NCBI RefSeq assembly: GCF_001194135.2
Contig: NC_068987.1
Location: 99,817,622 to 99,881,621 of the forward strand
From: Octopus bimaculoides
Taxonomy: Eukaryota
Reading direction: 5' to 3'
DNA: 64,000 nt
In this document: piece after piece, positions 52,323 through 64,000 of the stretch
Layout of the letters: every line of letters begins with the position of its first letter
Position numbering within the stretch: position 1 is the first letter of the stretch
Notes under the pieces: generated by a model
Database searches by the model: none
The model's input: the letters and a program-made list of their open reading frames with translations, nothing else
Told to the model about the DNA's origin: nothing
Translations under genes and position numbers: made by a program

Positions 52323-53183
52323 GGATCGTCGGACTCTTACGCGAATTGTTAGAAAGAATCACAAAGGTACAGCTCCCAAAAATCACTGCAGAGCTTAATG
52401 ACCACCTCGAAAACCTAGTTTCCACAAAACATTTCTCCGGGAGCTGCACAAAGCCGGATTTCAGGGGAGGGCTGCAACCAGGAAACCACTACTTTTTAAA
52501 ACAAACGTTGCAAAGCGTTTAGAGTGGCGTCAAACCTACAGAATTAGTCCCTAGAGCAGTGGAAGAATGTAATTTTCTCAAACGAGTCATCCTTTACCTT
52601 ATTTCCGACCACCGGCCGAGTATACGTGTGGAGACAGCCAAAAGAAGCATTTGACCCACACTACCATCTTCCAACTGTTAAACAGGGAGGAGGATCTGTG
52701 ATGATCGGCGGGGGGATGCTATATCTTGGAAATCCGCCGGGCCAATGGTTTCCCTTGATGGTAGAATTAATAGTCAAGGTTATTAAGCATTTTATCTTGT
52801 CAAATTCATCCTATGGTTGCGGAACTGTTTCCGGTGGGAAACGCAATCTTTCAGAATGATAATTAATCGATTCACACAAGTAAGGTTGTTACTGAATGGC
52901 ACGAATAACATTCTAGTGACGTTGAATATCTTATCTGGCCACCACAGTCCCCTAGGTCTCAGTGTTATTGAACATTTATGGTGAATTTTAGGATAAACAA
53001 GTAAGGGGTCGATATCCACCACTATCATTGCTACAAAAACTGGAAACTGTTTTAGCTGAAGAATGGACAAAAGTTCGTTTGGAAACAATTCGTAGAATTC
53101 CAGCTGTACTTATTGCCAAAGGCGGTTCTACCCCATATTAAAATAAATTTGTTTGAAATTTTAAGGTTTTCCATTATTTTGTC
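52323..53183 (+). mobile_element. Tc1 transposon relic (5' part in gap) with right TIR
   Basis: DRRTLTRIVRKNHK, WKNVIFSNESSF (FSDES motif), PTVKQGGGSVM and WPPQSLGLSVIEHLW (SPDLNPIE motif); TIR-like TTTCCATTATTTTGTCCAACCC followed by TA. Confidence 0.88.
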
Positions 53184-53607
53184 CAACCCTTCTATATATA
53201 CATGTGTGTATGTGTGTGTATGTCTGTGTAGTCTAGGGATTGTTTGACTTTGGGTACTTTCTGTGCCTGTGAAATTTACCCTGGGTGGACCCATAACCTC
53301 ACTTGCTGCACATAAATGCGTTACTGGAATGGTTACAACGTCTAGAATTTCTATGAAAGTAGGAGTGTTTCCGGTTGCCGTTTCTAATCAAATGTTATTG
53401 AATCTCACAATGTAGAGAGCCGATGCAGCAAATATTCTGCTTCTGTCCCACGCACATAGCAGCCTAAAATGAAATGTTTTGCTCATAAATCACAAGACGA
53501 ATCCCTGTCCGGAAATAAATCCCACATGCATGCGATTGTGAGTGAAAAACTCTAACCACTAAAATACGCGCCTTCACACACAAACAACTGCCACACAAAC
53601 ACACAAA

Positions 53608-53695
<88 letters not shown>

Positions 53696-54204
53696 AATAT
53701 ATAAACAAATTAGGCAGTAGTGTAGGTAGATTTGATTTAACCGAACGTCTCTGCGTGTTAGTGTGTACATGTGGTAATTGTGTAATTTTCATCTAACAGT
53801 CTATTAAACTAACTTGTTACTTAGTCTCTATAGCCTCGAATGGATTGTTAGGTCTGACTTTGAAACTTGTACACACCAGACCACTTTTTCTGTCTACATA
53901 TTAATTGTATTGAACGACAAGGTGTATATGACTGTCTAGACAAAGAATGTAAAGAAATGTATATCGATGACGTCTATAAAACAGATGAGTATGAATATAC
54001 CTTTATATATATANNNNNNNNNNNNNNNNNNNNNNNNNNNNNNNNNNNNNNNNNNNNNNNNNNNNNNNNNNNNNNNNNNNNNNNNNNNNNNNNNNNNNNN
54101 NNNNNNNNNNNNNNNNNNNNNNNNNNNNNNNNNNNNNNNNNNNNNNNNNNNNNNNNNNNNNNNNNNNNNNNNNNNNNNNNNNNNNNNNNNNNNNNNNNNN
54201 NNNN

Positions 54205-54236
<32 letters not shown>

Positions 54237-54375
54237 ATTTAGTTAAATATATTCAATGAGAATATTATATACTGAATATATATTGAGTGCTCTGTTGTAT
54301 CAAATTATTAATGTATTTAACACGAGCGATTGTATATATATTTCATAACATATTACTATTAATATCGTGAAATCA

Positions 54376-54739
54376 AAATTGTGGCTGCGTGGTAAGTAGC
54401 TTGCTTACCAACCACATAGTTCCGGGTTCAGTCCCACTTCGTGGAATCTTGGGAAAGTGTCTTCTACTATAGCCTCGGGCCGACCAAAGCCTTGTGAGTG
54501 GATTAGGTAGACGGAAACAGAAAGAAGCCCGTCGTATATATGTATATATATATATATATGTATATGTGTGGGTTATGTTTGTGTGTTTGTGTTTGTCCCC
54601 CCAACATCGTTTGACAACCGATGTTGGTGCGTTTACGTCCCTGCAACTTAGCGGTTCGGCAAAAGAGACCGATAGAATAAGTACTAGGCTTACTAAAGAA
54701 TAAGTCCTGGGGTCGATTTGCTCGACTAAAGGCGGTGCC
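54376..54739 (+). mobile_element. tRNA-derived SINE (family B) with an internal (TA/TG)n tract
   Basis: GCTGCGTGGTAAGTAGCTTGCTTACCAACCAC..GTTCCGGGTTCAGTCCC (box A/B-like), then a body through GGGGTCGATTTGCTCGACTAAAGGCGGTGCC. Confidence 0.85.
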
Positions 54740-54772
54740 TATGTACTGTTAGTTTTTCCCTCATTAACTGTG

Positions 54773-54991
54773 TATTAATGTCTCACGTTTTGAGGGACTA
54801 AATAAGTAAAAAAAACTACCAAAAATAAGCAACATATTTACCGAATTGATTGAGAAACCAGTGGTCTACCGTGCAGTTAAATGTTTTTAAGAGATAAATT
54901 TTGAAAGCTGCATTCCCTCGCTTTCAGTAAATATGAAGCTTATTTTTGGTAGTTTTTGACTTATTTAGTTCCTCGAAACGTGAGGCATTAA

Positions 54992-54993
<2 letters not shown>
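54773..54993. mobile_element. MITE with about 70-bp TIRs
   Basis: TATTAATGTCTCACGTTTTGAGGGACTAAATAAG...TTTACCGAA is the reverse complement of TTCAGTAAA...CTCGAAACGTGAGGCATTAATA. Confidence 0.85.
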
Positions 54994-55070
<77 letters not shown>

Positions 55071-55110
55071 ATATCTATCTATTTATCTAGCTAGCTAGCT
55101 AGCTATCAAT
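54992..55110. repeat. (TATC)n-(CTAG)n microsatellite
   Basis: Direct inspection. Confidence 0.95.
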
Positions 55111-55139
55111 CTAGCTATGTATACTTATGAGGCAAGCAG

Positions 55140-55365
55140 TGACGTTATTCGTTGTTCCTAATACAAGATGGGAAAAGGCAAAATATTATTCCAAGCCATC
55201 AAGGGCAAGAGGAAAGACCGCGCTAGAAAGATTTTGAACAAACTCAAGCATCCCCTTCAGCTGAACATGTTTAAATAACGAGACCGTCCAGAAAGTTACG
55301 GAGATTCCGAAGATATCTGGAGGCCGTTGTGGAAGCCAACGCCGAATTTATTGAATAAATTCACT
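55140..55365 (+). mobile_element. Tc1-type transposase 3' relic
   Basis: Ends RFRRYLEAVVEANAEFIE*, the same family as 26853-27880. Confidence 0.65.
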
Positions 55366-56013
55366 CTTTAGATATTTTTATCTAATGTCTGTAAATATAT
55401 CTGTTAAAACAAGAAGCCAGTGCTATTTTCATTTTTGCGTAATTTAGACTACAATTTATCCACTGCACCCTGTATATATAAATATTTGAAGAAATGAGTA
55501 GAGATGGCTTTGGCGGGGATAATTTTTATTTTAATGGTAATGTTTCCATGGAAACATTATCATTAAAAGAAAATGTATCCACCCAAAAGCCATATCTACT
55601 CGGCTTTCCAAATATATTATACTGTACCAAGAAAGATTTTGTTTATTATTCTACTATATATATANNNNNNNNNNNNNNNNNNNNNNNNNNNNNNNNNNNN
55701 NNNNNNNNNNNNNNNNNNNNNNNNNNNNNNNNNNNNNNNNNNNNNNNNNNNNNNNNNNNNNNNNNNNNNNNNNNNNNNNNNNNNNNNNNNNNNNNNNNNN
55801 NNNNNNNNNNNNNNNNNNNNNNNNNNNNNNNNNNNNNNNNNNNNNNNNNNNNNNNNNNNNNNNNNNNNNNNNNNNNNNNNNNNNNNNNNNNNNNNNNNNN
55901 NNNNNNNNNNNNNNNNNNNNNNNNNNNNNNNNNNNNNNNNNNNNNNNNNNNNNNNNNNNNNNNNNNNNNNNNNNNNNNNNNNNNNNNNNNNNNNNNNNNN
56001 NNNNNNNNNNNNN

Positions 56014-56050
<37 letters not shown>

Positions 56051-56715
56051 CGCACACACACACATATTTCTGTAGGACTCTAACATATACTTGCATTTGT
56101 AGCTATCCACCTATTCACACACACGCGCACACACGCACACACATACATACACAACTGCGTGTGTGAGTGAGCACGTGCGTGTATGTGTATGTATTATAAA
56201 CATACTCACAGATGTACCGTTGCCGTTTTCTTACCAAACCGAATTTTCGCTGGATCTCACCTTGGAAGCTGTATGTCAGAAAATTACGTTAGTTTGTGTT
56301 ATTATTCACAGGAGTTGAAGAAATAGCCAGAAGGATTTTGGTATGAAAGACATAATAGGAAACACAAAGTAGAAATATGAAGAGAAGGCGTGTAAAATAG
56401 AGAGTGAAAACGACGTGAGAATGTTTGACATGCAGTCATCAGAAAGGAGGATCGTTAAGAGAAAACTATAGATGGAGCAGACTTGGTGAAATCAAATGCT
56501 GAAAGCGAGAAATATTTTGATGGAAACAAATTGCTGAGTCGTAGAGAAATGGGTGAATTCTGAGGACCGGGTTAGCTAGCAGGTTCAATAATGAGACACT
56601 TCTCAAAGATAAATAAAATATTTACGGTAATTTCCAAACACGCAGTTACCGTCATCTATTGCGTTATAAAAGACATATGTTAACATATTGTTCAATATTG
56701 TCAATGAATTTAAGT

Positions 56716-56932
56716 TGGTGAGCTGGCAGAAACTATAGCACGCCGGGCGAAATGCTTAGCGGAAATTTTTCTGCCGTTTTGTTCTGAGTTCAAATTCTGC
56801 CGAGGTCGACTTTGCTTTTCATCTTTTCATGGTCGATAAAATAAGTACTAGTTGAGTACTGGAATCGATCTAATCGACTGTCCCATTAACCCCACCATAG
56901 TTTCGGGCCTAGTGGCTAGAGTAGAAAAGAAT
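56716..56932 (+). mobile_element. SINE family A (near full length)
   Basis: GGTGAGCTGGCAGAAACTATAGCACGCCGGGCGAAATGCTTAGCGG...GAGTTCAAATTCTGCCGAGGTCGAC. Confidence 0.9.
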
Positions 56933-58668
56933 ATTTGTCAATGAATTTAAAAACCTTCTTCACTTTTAGTTTGAGATGCACAATGCGGGGAGTAGAGTGA
57001 GAGACAATAACTCCAAGTTATAAGACTATATGTCTTTCTAATTTCGTGACAGGTGACTAGCTGAGAAAATTTTAATTAGAAGTAGAAAAGAAATGAATAT
57101 TTTTCAATGAATTTAATTATGCATTTCAATATTGACTTTAGACGTATTCTTCATGAAACAAATGTGATATGAAGTTAAACGTTTAGCAGACGATAACGTA
57201 TTCATGTTTGCCAATAAATGATAAACAGGAATACTGTGGTTGTTTCAGGAAAAATTCGGTTGAAACACTGTTTAACAACTATCTGTATTCAGGTATGCAT
57301 GTGTGTGTATGTGTGCGTGTGTGCGTCTGGGAGATAGAAAAGGAGTAATATGAAGCACAAAGAGAGAATGTGGGGTAAAGACAAAGTAACAATGAGATGC
57401 AGATAAGAAATTAAATAGGAATAATGTAGATAGATGGATAGATGGGTAAATAGACAGACATATAGGTAGATATAGTGACTGTGTGTTTGTGTGTGAGCGT
57501 GTGCATATGGGGAAGTCAACTTATGTCTGAATATGACCACTTCCTTCCCTCAGTAAGTCCATGTTAATGATTCGAGAGACTCAAATCCTGTACATGAAAT
57601 TGTTTTTAGTGCATAAAGCGTCACACAGCACTGAAGCACTTTTTCAATGCAATCAGCTGAAAGACAAGCGATTGAGACAACCAGAAATGGGCTGCAGTTC
57701 AGCTGCTGTTATTTTTATGTGAGTTTACTTTCTCCTAGAAAGAAATTCTAACGAGTACTAAGAGTCCTTCACTACTATTGGTTCCCATGCTAGTTAACTC
57801 ACAGCTGGGACTCTAACGGGTTCTACAACTCCGGGTCAAAATAGACTTGAGAACAATAGTATCTGAGAAGTGGTTCTTCAAAGCTATGGAACTTCCGTAA
57901 TGGAATCGATACACTGAGAGAAGATTTCGCATGACAAACAGTTAAAACATCTAGCAATGCAGCTACGAAGTACTTTGAATAGAATAATAAGTATTGTCAG
58001 AATGTTTCGCTATCTTATCACCTCAATCTGTAGCGACTCATCCTAAATAGAACTCAATAAAAACAGAGAATACAGAAAATGGGAAAAATACTTCATACAT
58101 AATTTAATACATAACACTCATTAATGTATTCTTACTTTCTTTATTATTATTATATTGCTTAAGATAAGTTAAAAGGAAAACAAAACTAGTAATAGATTTA
58201 TAATTTTGTATAAAGGAAACTAATACAATGAATGTGCGATTGAATTCTATTTTTGATTAATTTACATAAGACATTATTTTCACTTTGTGACCAGACACAG
58301 TTATAACATGGCTCTATAATGTTATTCTTATCTGAAATACAAGAGGAAACAAATAACATAAATGCAATATAAAATATAAAGCGCTCATGTCTATATATTT
58401 AAAACCTGAAACTTAAATATATTTATATGAAATTATAGCAAATATAGAAACATCAATAGTTTAAATACAAAACAAATGAACTGAATGAAACAATGTTTCA
58501 ATGGATGCCAGAAACTTAAGATTCGAATTATCTATATATATATTCTATAGTTGCTTGTGTCTTTATTTATCTATTTATTGAGCTGCAAATAGTAGGTTGG
58601 AATTAATCGATAATAATTTTGAATTCTGCTCGAATATCATTCGCCCGTTTACGTCATTTCTTCCTTAC

Positions 58669-58710
58669 CATGTATATGGTGAATATATCTTCATATTCAA
58701 GTGGCTCAAC
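58669..58710 (-). CDS. Candidate 42-nt symmetric (phase 0-0) exon encoding VEPLEYEDIFTIYM
   Basis: Acceptor TATTTACTGCCAGCCAG and donor ATG|GTAAGG; unverified. Confidence 0.15.
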
Positions 58711-59218
58711 CTGGCTGGCAGTAAATAATACTCGCAATATTTGTGTACCTTAAGCAATATCAATTTCATGTAATAAGTTGAAGAGTCCAGTTGAATATAT
58801 TTTATAGGTCATGAACTTATTAAGCTGCTGGCATGACTCCATTGTGTTTATTCTGCTACTACATCGACAAAACGCCATAACATATAAAAGAATTCAATCC
58901 ATTTAATATTCATAATGTATTATGGTATGCATTGCATGCTATTGGAGTTGAGGGTCTTTCATTTTATTTTCTTCATTTCCTTGCCCACGCTGTCTTTACA
59001 CATGCTGGTTTAGATAATAAATGGATATGCATTATAAACTTAAACGTGTAATAACATACTTTAGACTAGGAATAGCCCAAACTGCCGAAAATAAATTGCA
59101 CAATATAATTCAAATCAACTCCAGAGATTTATTAGGGTCAGTAATAATAATAATAATAATGATGATGATGATGATGATGATGATAATAATAATGATGATG
59201 ATGATGATGATGATGATG

Positions 59219-59290
<72 letters not shown>

Positions 59291-59291
<1 letters not shown>

Positions 59292-60075
59292 GCCTCCCCA
59301 CCAGAAATTACCAAAAACACATAATGAAAAGAAATATAACAAGTAACTGTAGAATATGTGGAGATCGACAAGAAACAATAAATNNNNNNNNNNNNNNNNN
59401 NNNNNNNNNNNNNNNNNNNNNNNNNNNNNNNNNNNNNNNNNNNNNNNNNNNNNNNNNNNNNNNNNNNNNNNNNNNNNNNNNNNNNNNNNNNNNNNNNNNN
59501 NNNNNNNNNNNNNNNNNNNNNNNNNNNNNNNNNNNNNNNNNNNNNNNNNNNNNNNNNNNNNNNNNNNNNNNNNNNNNNNNNNNNNNNNNNNNNNNNNNNN
59601 NNNNNNNNNNNNNNNNNNNNNNNNNNNNNNNNNNNNNNNNNNNNNNNNNNNNNNNNNNNNNNNNNNNNNNNNNNNNNNNNNNNNNNNNNNNNNNNNNNNN
59701 NNNNNNNNNNNNNNNNNNNNNNNNNNNNNNNNNNNNNNNNNNNNNNNNNNNNNNNNNNNNNNNNNNNNNNNNNNNNNNNNNAATAGAGATAACTCGAATG
59801 TGGAATCTAAAAACAGAAACAATTCCTATCATAGTAGGTGCCTTAGGTATAATAAAAAAAATATTCAGACAAATACATAACAAAAATACCAGGACTTACA
59901 AATATATATAACATACAGAAAATTGCACTACTGTGTACTGCACACATTCTACGCAAAACACTTTCAATATAGTAAACATAAGAGCACCACAGCAAACCAC
60001 AGCACATACCCAAGGCGCACAGAGCTGCGCTCGGTAGTGAAGTGAAAGCACGTTATAAAAATAAAACTACTGAAC
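59291..60075 (+). mobile_element. 5'-truncated R4/Dong-type non-LTR retrotransposon inserted in (TAA)n
   Basis: SLPTRNYQK...CRICGDRQETIN (zinc knuckle), a gap, then ETIPIIVGALGIIKK and the 3' UTR; (TAA/TGA)n 5' and (TAA)n 3'. Confidence 0.9.
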
Positions 60076-60109
<34 letters not shown>

Positions 60110-60149
60110 TCGGCAGCAACAAAAACAACAACAACATTAATAATAATTA

Positions 60150-60800
60150 GAGGTCGGATGGAATGTCTCTAAATATTGGTCGGTACTATAGCGATGTATA
60201 AAGCAAATTAAAGTCAGCGTGTGAAATATTTGAAAGGAATACAGTAGATAAAATTGTAAAAGGGATTGACACCGGAAATCAGATTGAGCCACCCTGCCTG
60301 GGTTTCGTTGAGAAGCAGGATGTGTCCATGATGAACTGTGACTTCTATCGTTTAAAAATTGGAGAAAAGGTGGGACAAAAATTAATACATTACCCGGGGA
60401 GTGCTAATAGATTGAATTCAATCAGAGTTGAATATATATGGCCAATAAAAAGGAGTTAGTAAAGGACGTCCAAGAATGTCAGCAACGAGAGATATTGAAA
60501 ACAAAAGAGCAAAGATTATGTGATCCGGCTAGAATAATACGAAATAAATATTGGTAAACAGGTTTATAACTGGAAATAATTCGGAGAAAATTATACAATG
60601 CAGAAGAACGTTGCATTGTTAATAGTGAAGAAGAGATGGACACCGATTCAGTTCTTCAAATGCCAGGAGTCAAATGCATCAAATAAATGGTGAAACAGAC
60701 AAAGCTACATGCACAACAATTAGGGAATATAGTCAAATATTCTTGAACAAGATATGAAGGAAAGAGAAAACTCACATCGCTGACGCAGACTGTCTACGCA
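60150..60800 (+). mobile_element. Degraded N-terminal region of an R4/Dong-type element
   Basis: KEQRLCDPARIIRNKYW...LEIIRRK resembles the N-terminal motif also seen at 61830-61910. Confidence 0.5.
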
Positions 60801-61129
60801 ACACGAAAGAGATCAATATAAATCCTCAGTAAGAACATATTAAGATAAACAGGAAGGACGTTTAACGTGTAAGTTAAAGGATAAGCAATTGGAAAGTTGT
60901 AGTCCCGATGGAGCTCAAGAGTATAGGGTGAAAAAAAGTTCATGGGTACATGTAAGACCGTTACTTGAAATCCACACAAAAAACCGAGAGGCGTCAAGGA
61001 AATGCACTGTATAATGAAATAATATAAATAAAATTAAAAATTATAAATACAAAATAAAAAAAGAACTAGTAGAAGAAGTATATACATATCAGGGAAATGT
61101 CCTTTTATCATACTGTTACCTGGAATACT

Positions 61130-61215
61130 GGCGAGCCCAGCGGAGCTTGAACTCAGAACGTGAAGACGGACGAAATGCCATTAAGAAATTCGCTCGGTGA
61201 GCTAACGATTCTTCC
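61130..61215 (-). mobile_element. SINE family A head fragment
   Basis: Reverse complement has GAATCGTTAGC...ATTTCGTCCGTCTTCACGTTCTGAGTTCAAGCTCCGC. Confidence 0.7.
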
Positions 61216-61399
61216 ATAATAATAATGATGATGATGATATGATGGTTTATTTTATAAACCACAAATGGTTTACACTAAGTCAAATATTAAGGAGGGCACA
61301 GGACAAAACATTCTATGTGTACGTGTGTGCGTGCGTCTGTGTGGCAAAAGGAGAGTATCTGGCTCCTTCGTATAACCAGTACTCCGTGTAGGGTGTACA

Positions 61400-62542
61400 G
61401 TGTAGACTTAGAATGCAAGTAACCTAGGAGTAGAAGCACTCAGAGTTCAAAACTAGGAAAGCAAGGGGTCTGATGCTTTGGCGGACTACCTTGACAGAGA
61501 TGGTGTCTCGATAAAAATGCCGGTTGGTAGTAACTTAAAAATACACCTCATTTGTGATTGAAAATCCCAACCAAGATAGATGACGATAACGGTGTGCACG
61601 GGACTAGAAATAATGGTGAAGATACCGCACACCGCAGTTACCACACTATGCATCAAGGTGGGTCCTGTCGTGATCCAGCTATTGCTTACCATTCTACAGG
61701 ACATAAGAGGAGTAAAGAAGTAAATGTGATGCTTATGGAATATTACTACCAAGTGGATGCGAATGGCGTGCCTGTCAGAGGGTACAGAAAGCGAATGTAC
61801 AGTGAAAGGAAGGCAATGGAACTGTTCGAAATTACTGAACAGCGGTTACGTGCAATACGAAAGAGTAAATGATTAACAGAATTGGAGCTAGAAGATATTA
61901 AAAGGAGGACACCAGATGAGGATGCGCTTGACACAAATGAAACTGATATAGTGGAAGAGATGGACAACTGTTCGCAAGAAAGAATTGTGAAAGAACTTAG
62001 ATCATTGGCTTCTCACACAATGAAAATCGATTAATAATAGACATAATTTAGGGTCTATAAAGTACAGAAAAGACAACTTATGTGCGGCTTTAAGAAGGTT
62101 AATCACTACAGACAAAATCAAGTGACGAATATAGTCGATAACGTAGAGAGACACATTGAAGGAAACAAAATCACACAAGCGAAAAATCTTATTAAGGCTA
62201 CTAGTAGGATTGTTGCGGAAAGGATTGGATTGAGAACTACTGAGAATAGAACAGCAACGGATAGAAAAGGAAATAAAAATACTGTAATGGAAAAGGAGAA
62301 TTTCTAAAGATGTAAACTCTTGGAACAGTGTAGTGTCAATACTTGTGAGGAAAAGAATTGGAGAATTGAAGGATGAATGGAAATTCGAAAACAGTTGGAA
62401 AGAAGTAGGGTGTAGATGCGAACGGCCTGAATGTTGTAATTTAAGAACTGAAGCAGCCCATGCATGCAAAAAAAGCAAAGCTAACTAGGTTTAAACAACA
62501 GATTAAACAATACCAGCAAGACAAATCGCTTCGAACCGACCA
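61400..62542 (+). mobile_element. 5' part of an R4/Dong-type element, ending at a (TAA)n tract
   Basis: EVNVMLMEYYY...RGYRKRM...TEQRLRAIRK..LTELELEDIKRR, NLIKATSRIVAERIGL and FKQQIKQYQQDKSLRTDQ. Confidence 0.8.
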
Positions 62543-62741
<199 letters not shown>

Positions 62742-63320
62742 TCCGGTGCTTACTTCCTAACTTTTTTTTTATCGTACATTTAAATGTGTTATTACAATAA
62801 AAGGCACGTTTACATATTCTGTTAGTCAGGGAAGAAGGAAAGACAAAATGTTCGCACAAAATTGGAGATATTAAAGTTCCTAAATTTTTTGAGATGATCA
62901 TTTATTTGTATGTCAAAAGCTGTAGATATGTAAGTTCTTTAACTTATTTTGAGGAAACTTCATGATACTCACAGAAAACTGTGCATATTCCAGTCTTTTA
63001 GAGTTAATTTTTTTTCAGTTGTCCTGCCTGCCAATATATGCATACTGCACAGCTACATAAACCACAGTAAAACTTTTAAGAACAAACGAAACATTCCAAA
63101 ATAAAAAGAAATTCAGAATTTGAAAAATTCAACAAGGTGAACATCTCTTCGTCCTACTATTCCCAAAGACTGGAATATCTACAAATCCCTGTGAATATTT
63201 TAAATCTCCCGCAAAATAAAATAAAACAGGAAACTTACATACCGACAGCTTTCGAAGACACAAACAATCAGCTTAAGAAACCATTTAATATCTACGAGTA
63301 TTGTGTGAATACTTATCCTT

Positions 63321-63365
<45 letters not shown>

Positions 63366-63399
63366 TTTCATTGCCAAATTCCTACCATATTCTCCAACT

Positions 63400-63955
63400 G
63401 TACAGAGAAACGAACATCTCTGAGGCAGTAGCTCTCATGGCCTCTGAGCCTAACTGACTGGAAGTTTTATCATGAACATGTTTTGTTTTTGTGTTAAAGA
63501 CCTGCTTTAGCAAATATGCTAATCAATACCACTGATTTGCTTGTCAGCTGTTTGAATTTAATCGCTTGAACATTTCCCTTGTTAGCTTACAATATATGCA
63601 TCTCTGATCACGAGCGGAAGTAATGGTTTAGCATCAGTGTCATGAGTTAAGAGGAATTCTGTAGTAGGGTTTGAATTATTCAATTCTGGAAACATGGTTG
63701 CTTCATTTTATATCCTTAAACAACTTTTAATCAGGGACCTTTTGAGCGGCATGGTCAACTCCTGCTGAAACAAACCTCTAACTGTGTCCCGCCTGCAAGG
63801 TAATGTCCTGTTTATCTTGATGTGAGATCATCACGTCTCGTATATATGATTGTGATGCATGTGACTTATCAGACGGGTAGCCATAATCGGTATATAAGTC
63901 TTCGTATATTTCTGGCCCAGTGTCACTCTGATGACATGGGCTGCTCTCTCACTCA
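63400..63955 (-). repeat. Probable non-coding interspersed repeat
   Basis: GC-richer non-coding block resembling, from recall only, a common octopus interspersed repeat; not verifiable within the window. Confidence 0.35.
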
Positions 63956-64000
63956 ACAATAATAATGATAACACCAACAACAGGAAGTAGAAGACGGAGA

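Overview
AT-rich eukaryotic DNA saturated with microsatellites and repeats, with 22 N-gaps totalling about 8 kb. The tRNA-derived SINE families and (TA/CA/GA/TAA)n density suggest a cephalopod, probably Octopus (inference from recognition, not from a database search). No host protein-coding gene could be confidently assembled; the window looks intronic or intergenic, and almost all ORF-track entries are microsatellite or gap artefacts. Recognisable content: non-LTR retrotransposon relics (CR1-type x3, R4/Dong-type x6 mostly abutting (TAA)n tracts, one RTE with an inverted 5' half, a Tx1/L1 fragment), Tc1/mariner relics, SINEs and five fold-back/MITE-like inverted repeats. The most notable signal is an apparently intact type I hammerhead ribozyme at 195-269 (minus strand) with a palindromic helix III and an unusually long helix II. 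Degenerate hammerhead half-motifs of Penelope-like type occur near 32.6 kb and 35.8-36.2 kb. Relic boundaries are approximate.
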